Shown: positions 13,181-21,264 of the stretch, piece by piece
Position numbering within the stretch: position 1 is the first letter of the stretch
Layout of the letters: every line of letters starts with the position of its first letter
Virus record (IMG/VR): IMGVR_UViG_3300045988_126665
From: a virus
Strand: one strand, 5' to 3'
Length of the DNA stretch: 44,163 nucleotides
Made by a program: the position numbers and the translations under genes
The notes under the pieces: generated by a model
The model's input: only the letters and a program-made list of their open reading frames with translations
Told to the model about the DNA's origin: nothing
Databases searched by the model: none

Positions 13181-15669
13181 TGAACGAGGAGATGTATGCG
13201 GAGCAGATGGTGCGGTATATGTCGGAGCGTGATTTGGGGATATATCTGCGTTATTTGCATCCAGAGTTAGAGATGACGAAGTGTCATCGTAACTACTACA
13301 AGATACTAAACAAGTTTGCTCACAAGGAGGTTAAGAAGTTAATTATCAGTGCGCCTCCTCAGTTTGGAAAAGCATTGAGGATAGATGAGCCTGTATTGAC
13401 TACAGGGGGGTGGAAGAGCCACGGAGAGTTAGTAGAGGGCGACTATGTGTTTGGTGAGGACGGAAAGCCGAAGAGGGTATTGTGGAATAGTGGTGCATAT
13501 AGTTGGCGTACGAGGAGGGTAGAGATGGCAGGCGGAGAGAGTATGGTATGTGCGCCAGAGCATTTGTGGAAGATATATTCCGACCACGATGATAGGAGGG
13601 GTCGTGTAGAGGAGATATTGGAGACGCAGAACATTTTCAATCGTAAGCATCGTAGACATCCGTACATAGCGGTCAATCGTGCGATAGAGTGCGAGGAAAG
13701 GGAGTTGCCTATTGAGCCGTATTTGTTAGGGTATTGGCTTGGGGATGGATATTCTCGTCAGGGCAAGATATGTAGCGGAAAGGAGGATGCTTGGAATTTG
13801 AGCCGGTTTGGTGTTGTCGAGGAACGCAAAGGTGGCAAGATGTACATAGTTAGGGTAGAGGGTTTGTCGAAGAAGTTGAGGGAAAACAACCTAATACAGA
13901 ACAAGCATATTCCCGAGGAATACTTTTTAGCATCCGTCGAGCAGAGGCTGGCATTGTTACAGGGCTTAATGGACACGGACGGATACGCATCGAAGAGGGG
14001 ATATTGTGAGTTTTGTCAAAAGGAGGGTCAGTTAGGCGAGGATGTCTATACTTTGCTCCGAAGTTTGGGATACGAGCCTACGAAGAAGTACGAGAGGGCT
14101 ATGTGTAATGGCAAGGATTGTGGCAGGAAGATACGCATCACATTCAGTCCCGACAAGGGGGATGAGTTATTCCGCTTGCCGAGAAAGCAGGCGAGGGTAG
14201 ACAACAAGGAGGCAGTAGACCGAAATGACAAGAAGAAGTTTTTCATCGTTGGTATAAGGGAGAGCGAGGACACAATGGTTAATTGCATCCAAGTAGAGGG
14301 TGGTATGTACCTTGCTGGTCGTGCGCTTATCCCTACCCACAATTCCGAGGGAAGCAGTAGGGGATTGCCGAGTTTTCTTATGGGTATGCGTCCGAGTGAC
14401 AGTATAGTTATTGGTAGTTACAACACGGAATTGGCGAGGACGTTCAATTCGGATGTACAGAGGTGGATGCGCACGGATGCTTATGGTGCGGTCTTTCCTA
14501 ACACTATCATCAGTGACGGCAGGGAGAACAGGGAGTACAAGTGCAACGCGGACGAGACGCAGGTAGTCGGTGAGGACGGCAGTGGGTTGAGGGTAGTCGG
14601 CAGGGGCAGTTCGTTGACTGGTAGAAAGGTGGATGTAATGATTATGGACGACTTGTACAAGGACTACAATGAGGCGAGCAGTCCGATAGTGCGGAACAAG
14701 ACTTGGAGGTGGTACACGAGTGTAGTCTTGTCCCGATTGCAGGATTGGGGACAGCAGTTGATGGTGTTCACGAGGTGGAACGAGGATGACTTGATAGGAC
14801 GGATTATGCAGACGGAGAGGGTAGTGAAGATAGAGAGGTGGAGCGATTTAGACAAGGTTGGTGACGATTGGGCGTATGTGAACTTTCCGGCTATCAAGGT
14901 GGGCGCTCCTACGGAGATAGACCCGAGGGAGGATGGTGAGGTAATTTTCCCGAGCCATAGTAGTTTGAAGACCTTGTTGGCGAAGAAGAGGGCTGACCCT
15001 TATGTGTTCGAGTGTTTGTATCAAGGCAATCCGTTCAGTGAGGACAACAAGTTGTATGGTGAGTTCAAGACCTACACGGACAAGGGCGAGTATGGAGTAT
15101 TGGTGCGCAAGGGGTGTTGCATAGACGTAGCTGGCAAGGGAGGGGATGACACTTGCAGTATCTGTTACGATGTGTATAGGAGCAAGAACAATGTGTACAA
15201 TGAGCAGACGAGGCGGTTTGAGCCTTTGGTATTCATATTGGTGACGGACATTTACTTGAGCAATGCTGGAGTAGAGGAGACGAGCATAGTGATACCTCAA
15301 CAGATAAATATGCAGGGCAGTCAGGTTGTGTGGTGCGAGCGGAATGCAGGTGGAGAGCAGTTCGGAATGAGTATAGCGAAGAAGGTGCGTGCGAAGATAG
15401 AGTTGTATTTCAGTGAGGGCAACAAGGAGGCGAGGATTATCAATTCGGCTGGGGATGTAATGTCTCAGATTATCTTTCCGTTGGGGTGGGAGAGCAGGTG
15501 GCCGAAGGCGTTCAAGGAGCTGGACGGCTTTGTTAGGCATTTCAAGGCGAATGCGCACGACGATGTTCCGGATGTATTGAGCAGTATTGTACAGAGGGAG
15601 ATACTATGCAAAAATCCCACACGAGGATATGTGGGATTTAGGAATAGGGGCATTAGGAGGGCGAATTAG
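13180..15669 (+). CDS. terL: Terminase large subunit, intein-containing
   Basis: Walker A PPQFGK|S split by insert; Walker B VDVMIMDDL; nuclease-domain acidic motifs downstream; TGATG coupling to terS. Confidence 0.9.
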   Translation: MNEEMYAEQMVRYMSERDLGIYLRYLHPELEMTKCHRNYYKILNKFAHKEVKKLIISAPPQFGKALRIDEPVLTTGGWKSHGELVEGDYVFGEDGKPKRVLWNSGAYSWRTRRVEMAGGESMVCAPEHLWKIYSDHDDRRGRVEEILETQNIFNRKHRRHPYIAVNRAIECEERELPIEPYLLGYWLGDGYSRQGKICSGKEDAWNLSRFGVVEERKGGKMYIVRVEGLSKKLRENNLIQNKHIPEEYFLASVEQRLALLQGLMDTDGYASKRGYCEFCQKEGQLGEDVYTLLRSLGYEPTKKYERAMCNGKDCGRKIRITFSPDKGDELFRLPRKQARVDNKEAVDRNDKKKFFIVGIRESEDTMVNCIQVEGGMYLAGRALIPTHNSEGSSRGLPSFLMGMRPSDSIVIGSYNTELARTFNSDVQRWMRTDAYGAVFPNTIISDGRENREYKCNADETQVVGEDGSGLRVVGRGSSLTGRKVDVMIMDDLYKDYNEASSPIVRNKTWRWYTSVVLSRLQDWGQQLMVFTRWNEDDLIGRIMQTERVVKIERWSDLDKVGDDWAYVNFPAIKVGAPTEIDPREDGEVIFPSHSSLKTLLAKKRADPYVFECLYQGNPFSEDNKLYGEFKTYTDKGEYGVLVRKGCCIDVAGKGGDDTCSICYDVYRSKNNVYNEQTRRFEPLVFILVTDIYLSNAGVEETSIVIPQQINMQGSQVVWCERNAGGEQFGMSIAKKVRAKIELYFSEGNKEARIINSAGDVMSQIIFPLGWESRWPKAFKELDGFVRHFKANAHDDVPDVLSSIVQREILCKNPTRGYVGFRNRGIRRAN
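13372..14343 (+). mobile_element. Intein (324 aa) with LAGLIDADG homing-endonuclease domain, class-3-type signature
   Basis: Begins ALRIDEPVLTTGGW after GK, ends LIPTHN before Ser; LAGLIDADG motifs at 13723-13755 and 13954-13992; block B EHLW, block F VNCIQVE, block G PTHN. Confidence 0.85.
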
Positions 15670-15875
15670 TCCTCCTTTTTCTTTTCGCTCCGTTTTTGGA
15701 GTATCATCGTAAAGAGGGTGCTCCACTCAGTTATGAGCATAAGGGCGAAAATAAAGCCGATAGGGAGCAGTATAGGCAGTAGAGCCACTATGGGACTGAC
15801 GATGCCTATAAACGCAAGTATGACCCCTAAAACGAGCCATACTAGCCAAATTGCGGTAAATGTAAAATTCTTCAT
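15666..15875 (-). CDS. Small membrane protein (two TM helices)
   Basis: 69-aa hydrophobic ORF convergent with terL. Confidence 0.6.
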   Translation of the reverse strand: MKNFTFTAIWLVWLVLGVILAFIGIVSPIVALLPILLPIGFIFALMLITEWSTLFTMILQKRSEKKKED

Positions 15876-16096
15876 TTCGTTGGTTTCTTGATATTGAGTT
15901 TAGAAAGGGCAAATTCCACGAGTGTATGAATGTCCTCGAATAGGAATTGCGCTTGTTCTTCTTCGCACTGGTCTTTGAGCAGGGCGATGTTCTTCCGAAT
16001 GGTGTCAGGGTGATAGTGCAGACGGAAGATTGGTCTTTGTGCCGGTCTTATGCCGGTGATGACTGGAGTGACTGTCTTTTTCATTTCAGTGGACAT
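15872..16096 (-). CDS. Hypothetical protein
   Basis: 74-aa ORF, 4-nt overlap with downstream gene. Confidence 0.6.
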   Translation of the reverse strand: MSTEMKKTVTPVITGIRPAQRPIFRLHYHPDTIRKNIALLKDQCEEEQAQFLFEDIHTLVEFALSKLNIKKPTK

Positions 16097-16224
16097 TTAG
16101 GGATTTGGAAGTGGAATGCATTTGCTTGGATGCAGAAGTACTCCACTTTCTTGTTAGTTTTGCATCCTCTTATTTCACGAAAATTGCATCTTTTGCAGTA
16201 TTCTCTTACTTTTTCGTCCGTCAT
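16081..16224 (-). CDS. Small Cys-rich protein (47 aa; CxxC...C...C...C), putative zinc-binding
   Basis: ATG 16224 lies 2 nt after the dut stop; its stop overlaps the next start; below the ORF-track cut-off. Confidence 0.4.
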   Translation of the reverse strand: MTDEKVREYCKRCNFREIRGCKTNKKVEYFCIQANAFHFQIPKCPLK

Positions 16225-16226
16225 AG

Positions 16227-16787
16227 CTATTTACCTGTTGAGCCGTAGCCGTTAGTACCTCTGTCGGTGGATGAGAGTTCATCCACTTCTTCAAATTCAA
16301 TTTGAGGGATTGGCATTATTATCATCTGGGCAATTCTTTCTCCAACTGCATATAGGCGAGGAAGAAAAGGCGTGTAACCTTGTGGGACATCTGGGTAGCA
16401 ATCTTGTCTACCATAGAATGTAACGAAGCTATCATCCCACTCCGTTTCGTCTATGCCGTACCAATCCGTTTCGTCCTTTCCGATTTCTTTATTAGTCGCC
16501 ACCACTAATGTAGGCTTGAATTTAGCCGTCACTTCGCCCCTGTAATGGGCATCTATAACGGCAACCGCATTGGATAGGGCTAAATCTTTCCGACAGATAG
16601 AGCTACGAGGGAAAATCAAACCTACATAGCCTTCTGGGATTTCAAAGGCAAGCCCAAAGCCATAGGTGACATTGCCTTCCGCATCAAATACACGGCTTAC
16701 GGCAGTCAAATCAAAGCCGGCATCGGTAGGGTGCGCTTTACTTGGCAAGACTGCATCTTCTCTTAATTTCTTTACTTTTACTTTCAT
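16227..16787 (-). CDS. dut: dUTPase (trimeric type) with a ~40-45-aa insertion between motifs III and IV
   Basis: Motifs AGFDL, PRSS, IDAHYRGEV, GERIAQMI, RGTNGYGSTG; first ATG after the promoter box is 16787. Confidence 0.9.
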   Translation of the reverse strand: MKVKVKKLREDAVLPSKAHPTDAGFDLTAVSRVFDAEGNVTYGFGLAFEIPEGYVGLIFPRSSICRKDLALSNAVAVIDAHYRGEVTAKFKPTLVVATNKEIGKDETDWYGIDETEWDDSFVTFYGRQDCYPDVPQGYTPFLPRLYAVGERIAQMIIMPIPQIEFEEVDELSSTDRGTNGYGSTGK

Positions 16788-16886
16788 AATAAACAAAAAG
16801 CCACTCAATATGTGAGAGAGGATTTTCTGATGCGAAAAATACATATCAAGTGGCCGTATTGTTATATCTCTATTCCTCTTCTCACT

Positions 16887-16904
16887 ACAAAGATAGTGAA
16901 AATT
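16887..16904 (-). repeat. 18-bp repeat ACAAAGATAGTGAAAATT, copy 1 (contains the dut -7 box TATCTTTG at 16888-16895)
   Basis: Identical to 17394-17411. Confidence 0.9.
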
Positions 16905-17235
16905 CGTGAACCTCCAAAGTTCAATACATATCGGGGTCTTTTAATCCCTCATACCCAATCAAGGTCAAAGAATCAAAACTAAGGCTTTGGCCGAAATTTT
17001 GCCATTCAAGTCGTTCTCGCATCCCCGTTTTGTTTTTGTGCGTGGCTTGAATCCCCCCTCTACACTTTCGTGCCTTTTAGGTTGCTCCACAAGGTTGTAT
17101 GAGGTCGTATGATGTGAGTAGCACAGAGCATACACTTGAAAAGTTCCTTGTGCGTATGTTGCAAGGCTTGCAGTTGGATTGAGTTTATAGGGTCTATCCG
17201 TATCAACACCCTCTCAGTCAAAGTACATTTGTCTA

Positions 17236-17273
17236 TCAAACGAAAAGCCCCCCGAAATTTGACTTCCGAGGGG
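17236..17273 (-). terminator. Strand-specific intrinsic terminator
   Basis: Minus RNA CCCCUCGGAA-gucaaa-UUUCGGGGGG (10 bp, two G-U pairs) then CUUUUCGUUU; the plus-strand version has two C-A mismatches. Confidence 0.6.
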
Positions 17274-17286
17274 CATCTTTTTGCAC

Positions 17287-17385
17287 CTACATACACTCCA
17301 AAGAGAGTATAACGGGGATAGCTGCAAAAGATATATTCCGTATATTTCCTTTGTATAACCACCAAGTCCCCATCTCGGCAATCAT
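17287..17385 (-). CDS. 32-aa hydrophobic-tailed peptide, candidate small gene
   Basis: ATG about 10 nt after the -7 box at 17395-17402; stop 14 nt before the terminator; MIAEMGTWWLYKGNIRNISFAAIPVILSLECM. Confidence 0.3.
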   Translation of the reverse strand: MIAEMGTWWLYKGNIRNISFAAIPVILSLECM

Positions 17386-17393
17386 TTGATACC

Positions 17394-17411
17394 ACAAAGA
17401 TAGTGAAAATT
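17394..17411 (-). repeat. 18-bp repeat ACAAAGATAGTGAAAATT, copy 2 (contains -7 box TATCTTTG at 17395-17402)
   Basis: Identical to 16887-16904. Confidence 0.9.
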
Positions 17412-17455
17412 TTTGGTTCTGCAATTCTTTTTCTACAAATATCAAAAAGATTTTA

Positions 17456-17463
17456 TATATTTG
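17456..17463 (+). promoter_or_regulatory. Bacteroidota-type -7 box TATATTTG for the structural operon
   Basis: TAnnTTTG 53 nt upstream of ATG 17517, divergent from the minus-strand promoters. Confidence 0.55.
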
Positions 17464-17516
17464 CAGATGTAGGCAAAGGGTAAGCCGGAGTATAAACCTT
17501 TTAATTTTATAAGATT

Positions 17517-18131
17517 ATGAGAATTTGTCCTTGTACTACTACCGCAGCTTTGCCTGACATCCCGAAGACCGAATGCAAGCAGAGTTTCGGACAGATACAG
17601 AAACTTGCACTTGTTCGTATCTATTCAACAGGTACTACCAAAAACAAGTTTGACAACACTAACGACATCAAGAAGCTTGCAACTTGGCAGAAATTCACCC
17701 AAGCTACTGACGGAACGAAGATAGTCGTTACTCCTTTCGTGGAAGCCCCTACGCAGGATGGCGGAGATGCCATCACCTTTGGTGGCGGAAACGACACTCT
17801 TGGTGGAGTGGAGATGAGGGTCGGCAGAAATGCTACCAATATGTCCTTTGCGCTCCGAGAGTGGTCACAGGGTGCTATCAAGGCTTTGAAGGCACTTGAA
17901 TGCGAGGGCGCACTGGGTGTGTACCTTATCAACGAACACGGACAGATTGAGGCAAGAAAGGTAGGTGAGGAGTATTTCCCACTTCCTATTCAGTCTCTCT
18001 TTGTGGGTGACAAAATTCACGGAGGATTGCAGGAGCCTGACAGCAATGCTTTGCAGTTCTCTTTCGCTCCGAACTACTCCGACGACTTGGAGATAGTTAC
18101 CGCTGAGTTTAACGCAGTAACCGACCTTTAA
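17517..18131 (+). CDS. Virion-module protein, function unknown
   Basis: 204-aa ORF, first gene of the late operon. Confidence 0.7.
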   Translation: MRICPCTTTAALPDIPKTECKQSFGQIQKLALVRIYSTGTTKNKFDNTNDIKKLATWQKFTQATDGTKIVVTPFVEAPTQDGGDAITFGGGNDTLGGVEMRVGRNATNMSFALREWSQGAIKALKALECEGALGVYLINEHGQIEARKVGEEYFPLPIQSLFVGDKIHGGLQEPDSNALQFSFAPNYSDDLEIVTAEFNAVTDL

Positions 18132-18134
18132 GGT

Positions 18135-18344
18135 ATGGCTGCGAAGAAGACACTTGTTGCACTTGCTCCGAAAGGGAGCAAGGCAACAGAGTTCTTTGAG
18201 ATAGAACACGCAGAAAGGATACTAAGACTTCACAACTGCGCTTGGGAAGTAGTGGATGACAATTTAGAATGGACTGGAAATGAGTTTGTCAAAAAGCCAA
18301 ATACAAGCCGAGTTAAATCAGTCGAGCAAAAGACCGCAGATTAA
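18135..18344 (+). CDS. Hypothetical small protein
   Basis: 69-aa ORF 3 nt after the previous stop. Confidence 0.5.
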   Translation: MAAKKTLVALAPKGSKATEFFEIEHAERILRLHNCAWEVVDDNLEWTGNEFVKKPNTSRVKSVEQKTAD

Positions 18345-20013
18345 CGAAGCATTAAGACAGCAGGAAAGGATAAAGTTCCACGCAGATACGAATATGTCTG
18401 CCGTGATGGGAAGACCATACAATGACTTCTGCCTTTACCTCAAATCTTTGTTGCCGACAGACAAATACCTAAACTGCATCAACAATCTAAAATTTCCTCT
18501 ACCTACCAACAAGATAACAGATAGGATTTTCACCATACTTGCAAAGGTGCACGATGGACGCAACCCCGCTATTGATTATCAGTTTAGGAGCGTGGATGCG
18601 AAAGCCGATTGGGAGAGATACCGCACGATGATACTCGGGGAGCCGGGTGTATGGAGCAACAAGATGTGGGATTACTTCAAGACCGAAATAAACTGCATCT
18701 TGGTTGTGGATATGCCTAACGAAGAAAGGGAGGGAAAATCCGCTCCTTACTTCTACCCTGTTTCCATAGCGGATGTAGTATCATACGGCACCAATCCCTA
18801 TAACGGCAGTATGGAGTGGCTTATTTTCAGAAGGGCAGATGAAAAGGTTGTAGTTATCGACGATACATCCTACCGCATCTTCGAGGTCAAAAATACCTCT
18901 CTTGTGGCGCTTGTGTCAGAGTCCCCTCACGGACTTGGCTATTGCCCTGCAAGGTTCTTTTGGAATGAGCCATTGAGCCTATCCAATCCCGATGTGAAGA
19001 AATCCCCATTGAGCAAGGTACTTGCCGATTTGGATTATTATCTTTTCCGCGAGTTATCAAAGAAACACCTTGACTTATACGCATCTTTCCCTATCTATTC
19101 CGGATACGAGGAGGAGTGCGACTATACGGATGCGGACGGCAATTGTTGTCACCACGGCTATATGCAAAAGCCTGACGGCACTATGGTGCTGGATGTGACT
19201 GGCAATCCTGTTGCTTGTCCTATCTGCAAGAGCAAGAAGTCCCTTGCTGGTGCAGGCTCGTACATAGAGATACCTGTTCCTGCGGACGGAATGCCCGATA
19301 TGCGCAACCCGATACAAATGCTCGGTATAGACCGAGATAGCCTTGACTACAATGTGGAGGATTTGGACAGGATACGCAAGGAGATAATCGCATCTTGTGT
19401 TGGGGTGGACAGTTCTATCATCAACGAGGCGTCCCTTGCCGACAAGCAGGTGGATGCATCGTATGAGAGCAAGGACAATGTATTGAACCGAGTGAAGAAA
19501 GGCTTTGAGGATGCCCAATGGTGGGTTGATACCACTATCTGCAAGTTGCGCTATCCCGACACTTTCATTTCTGCGAACATCAACTACGGAACGGAGTTCT
19601 ACACTCTTACACCCGAAGTGTTGCGCAGTAGGTACAACAAGGCAAAGGAGAGCGGAGCGAGTGACACGGAGCTGGATGCGTTGAGGTCGCAGTTGATTGA
19701 GACGGAGTACCGGCACAACCCGATGCAGATGCAGAGGATGCTGTTGCTATCCGAATTGGAGCCGTATAGACACTTGAAGAAGTCCGAAGTATTGAACCTG
19801 TTTAACAATGGGATTATAGATGCTGAGGAAGTAATCTTGAAGAACGATTTTAGCGGCTTTGTTAGTCGGTTTGAAAGAGAGAATACGAACATCTTGGACT
19901 TCGGGGCAGATGTTAGCCACGAGGCGAAGATTGAAACTATTTATAACACATTATTAGAGTATGCGAGAGAACGCAAAAGTAACAAGAGCGACATACAAGC
20001 TCCCGAAAGGTGA
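18280..20013 (+). CDS. Portal protein, putative (alternative start 18394)
   Basis: 577 aa; size and position upstream of scaffold and capsid genes; no motif-level proof. Confidence 0.55.
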   Translation: MSLSKSQIQAELNQSSKRPQINEALRQQERIKFHADTNMSAVMGRPYNDFCLYLKSLLPTDKYLNCINNLKFPLPTNKITDRIFTILAKVHDGRNPAIDYQFRSVDAKADWERYRTMILGEPGVWSNKMWDYFKTEINCILVVDMPNEEREGKSAPYFYPVSIADVVSYGTNPYNGSMEWLIFRRADEKVVVIDDTSYRIFEVKNTSLVALVSESPHGLGYCPARFFWNEPLSLSNPDVKKSPLSKVLADLDYYLFRELSKKHLDLYASFPIYSGYEEECDYTDADGNCCHHGYMQKPDGTMVLDVTGNPVACPICKSKKSLAGAGSYIEIPVPADGMPDMRNPIQMLGIDRDSLDYNVEDLDRIRKEIIASCVGVDSSIINEASLADKQVDASYESKDNVLNRVKKGFEDAQWWVDTTICKLRYPDTFISANINYGTEFYTLTPEVLRSRYNKAKESGASDTELDALRSQLIETEYRHNPMQMQRMLLLSELEPYRHLKKSEVLNLFNNGIIDAEEVILKNDFSGFVSRFERENTNILDFGADVSHEAKIETIYNTLLEYARERKSNKSDIQAPER

Positions 20014-20335
20014 GGAAGCTTATGTCCACTACACCATTGAGAAGATTGCCTTTAATCCGAAGACAGGGCAGAAGATTAGCCGTCAAGAGGTGGTAAAGAC
20101 CAATCCGAAGATGTTTGACAATGTAAAGAGAAACCTTGAATTGCAGGGCTTTACTGTCAATGTATTGTTTCATCCCGAGGGCAAGTACAACGAGGAGGTC
20201 ATTGTAGAGACGCCCGAAGAAAGGATGCGCAAGGAGATAGAGGCCGAAGTGAGAGCGGAGTTCGAGAAGAAGTTCGAGAAGAAAGTTGCCGACACCGAGG
20301 AGAAGAAAATTGGAAGACCACGAAAGGAGAATTAG
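19961..20335 (+). CDS. Hypothetical protein with charged C-terminus
   Basis: 124-aa ORF overlapping the portal end by 53 nt. Confidence 0.5.
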   Translation: MRENAKVTRATYKLPKGEEAYVHYTIEKIAFNPKTGQKISRQEVVKTNPKMFDNVKRNLELQGFTVNVLFHPEGKYNEEVIVETPEERMRKEIEAEVRAEFEKKFEKKVADTEEKKIGRPRKEN

Positions 20336-20337
20336 TT

Positions 20338-21213
20338 ATGCTTACACAAGAGATTATTGTTGCGAATGATGCGCTTAAAGGGTTGAGCGATGAGCAGATT
20401 GGAGCAATCGTCACCTTATCGGAGAACGATGAGAACGAGCAGTTTCGAGTTAAGTTTGGCGAGCACTATCGTCAGTTGGATGAAAGCATAGAGAAACACT
20501 CCGGAGTGGCAAGGAATGGTGCGGAGAAGACCTACGACTATCTGCCGAGAGCGATTGACGCAATGAAAGCAGGGTACGAGGAACAAATCAAGACCCTCAA
20601 AGAGCAGGCAGCCAGCAAGGCGGACGAAGTAACTGCCGCAGAGTTGGAGACTACGAGAGCGGAATTAAAGAGCACCAAAGAGCAATTCAATACCCTACAA
20701 GAGCGATATAACTCTTTGGAGGGGGAGAGTGCCAAGAAGCTCCTTAACTACCGAATAGACCACGATTTTGAGGTCGCAAAGTCAAGTATCAAGTTCAAGG
20801 ATGGACTGAACGAGGTGGCTTTGGACACTCTGGTCAAGCAGGCAGTGGAGAAAGTAAAGGGCTTTAATCCGAAATACGAGGAAAGAGGCGGAAAGGAGGT
20901 ACTTATTTTCCACGACAAGGATGGTTCACCGATGAACAATCCCGAAAATAAGCTAAATCCGTACACCGCAAAGGAGCTTTTGATAAAAGAGTTCACAAAT
21001 TTTGGTATATTAGCGGAGAAAGCCAAGACTGGAACAGGAACAACCGAGAAACAAGTCACTCCAACCTTGACTGCAAGCACGCAGGCAGAGGCTATGGAGA
21101 TTGCCACGAAAGACCTCCTTACGAGGGGACTTGTCAAAGGTTCTACCGCTTTCCAAAAGGAATTGGATAAGTATTGGCGAGACAACAAGATTGCCGAGCT
21201 ACCATTGAAATAA
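20338..21213 (+). CDS. Scaffolding protein, putative
   Basis: 291 aa, Glu/Lys/Ala-rich coiled-coil-like sequence immediately upstream of the capsid gene. Confidence 0.55.
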   Translation: MLTQEIIVANDALKGLSDEQIGAIVTLSENDENEQFRVKFGEHYRQLDESIEKHSGVARNGAEKTYDYLPRAIDAMKAGYEEQIKTLKEQAASKADEVTAAELETTRAELKSTKEQFNTLQERYNSLEGESAKKLLNYRIDHDFEVAKSSIKFKDGLNEVALDTLVKQAVEKVKGFNPKYEERGGKEVLIFHDKDGSPMNNPENKLNPYTAKELLIKEFTNFGILAEKAKTGTGTTEKQVTPTLTASTQAEAMEIATKDLLTRGLVKGSTAFQKELDKYWRDNKIAELPLK

Positions 21214-21264
21214 CAACGGACAAAGGGGAAGTCTATAAAGTATCACAATAAAAAGTTCTAAACT

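Noticed and set aside
17060-17395. 111-aa minus-strand ORF.
   Set aside because: It starts at a GTG inside the -7 promoter box, runs through a strong strand-specific terminator, and has no usable internal ATG until its last 23 codons.
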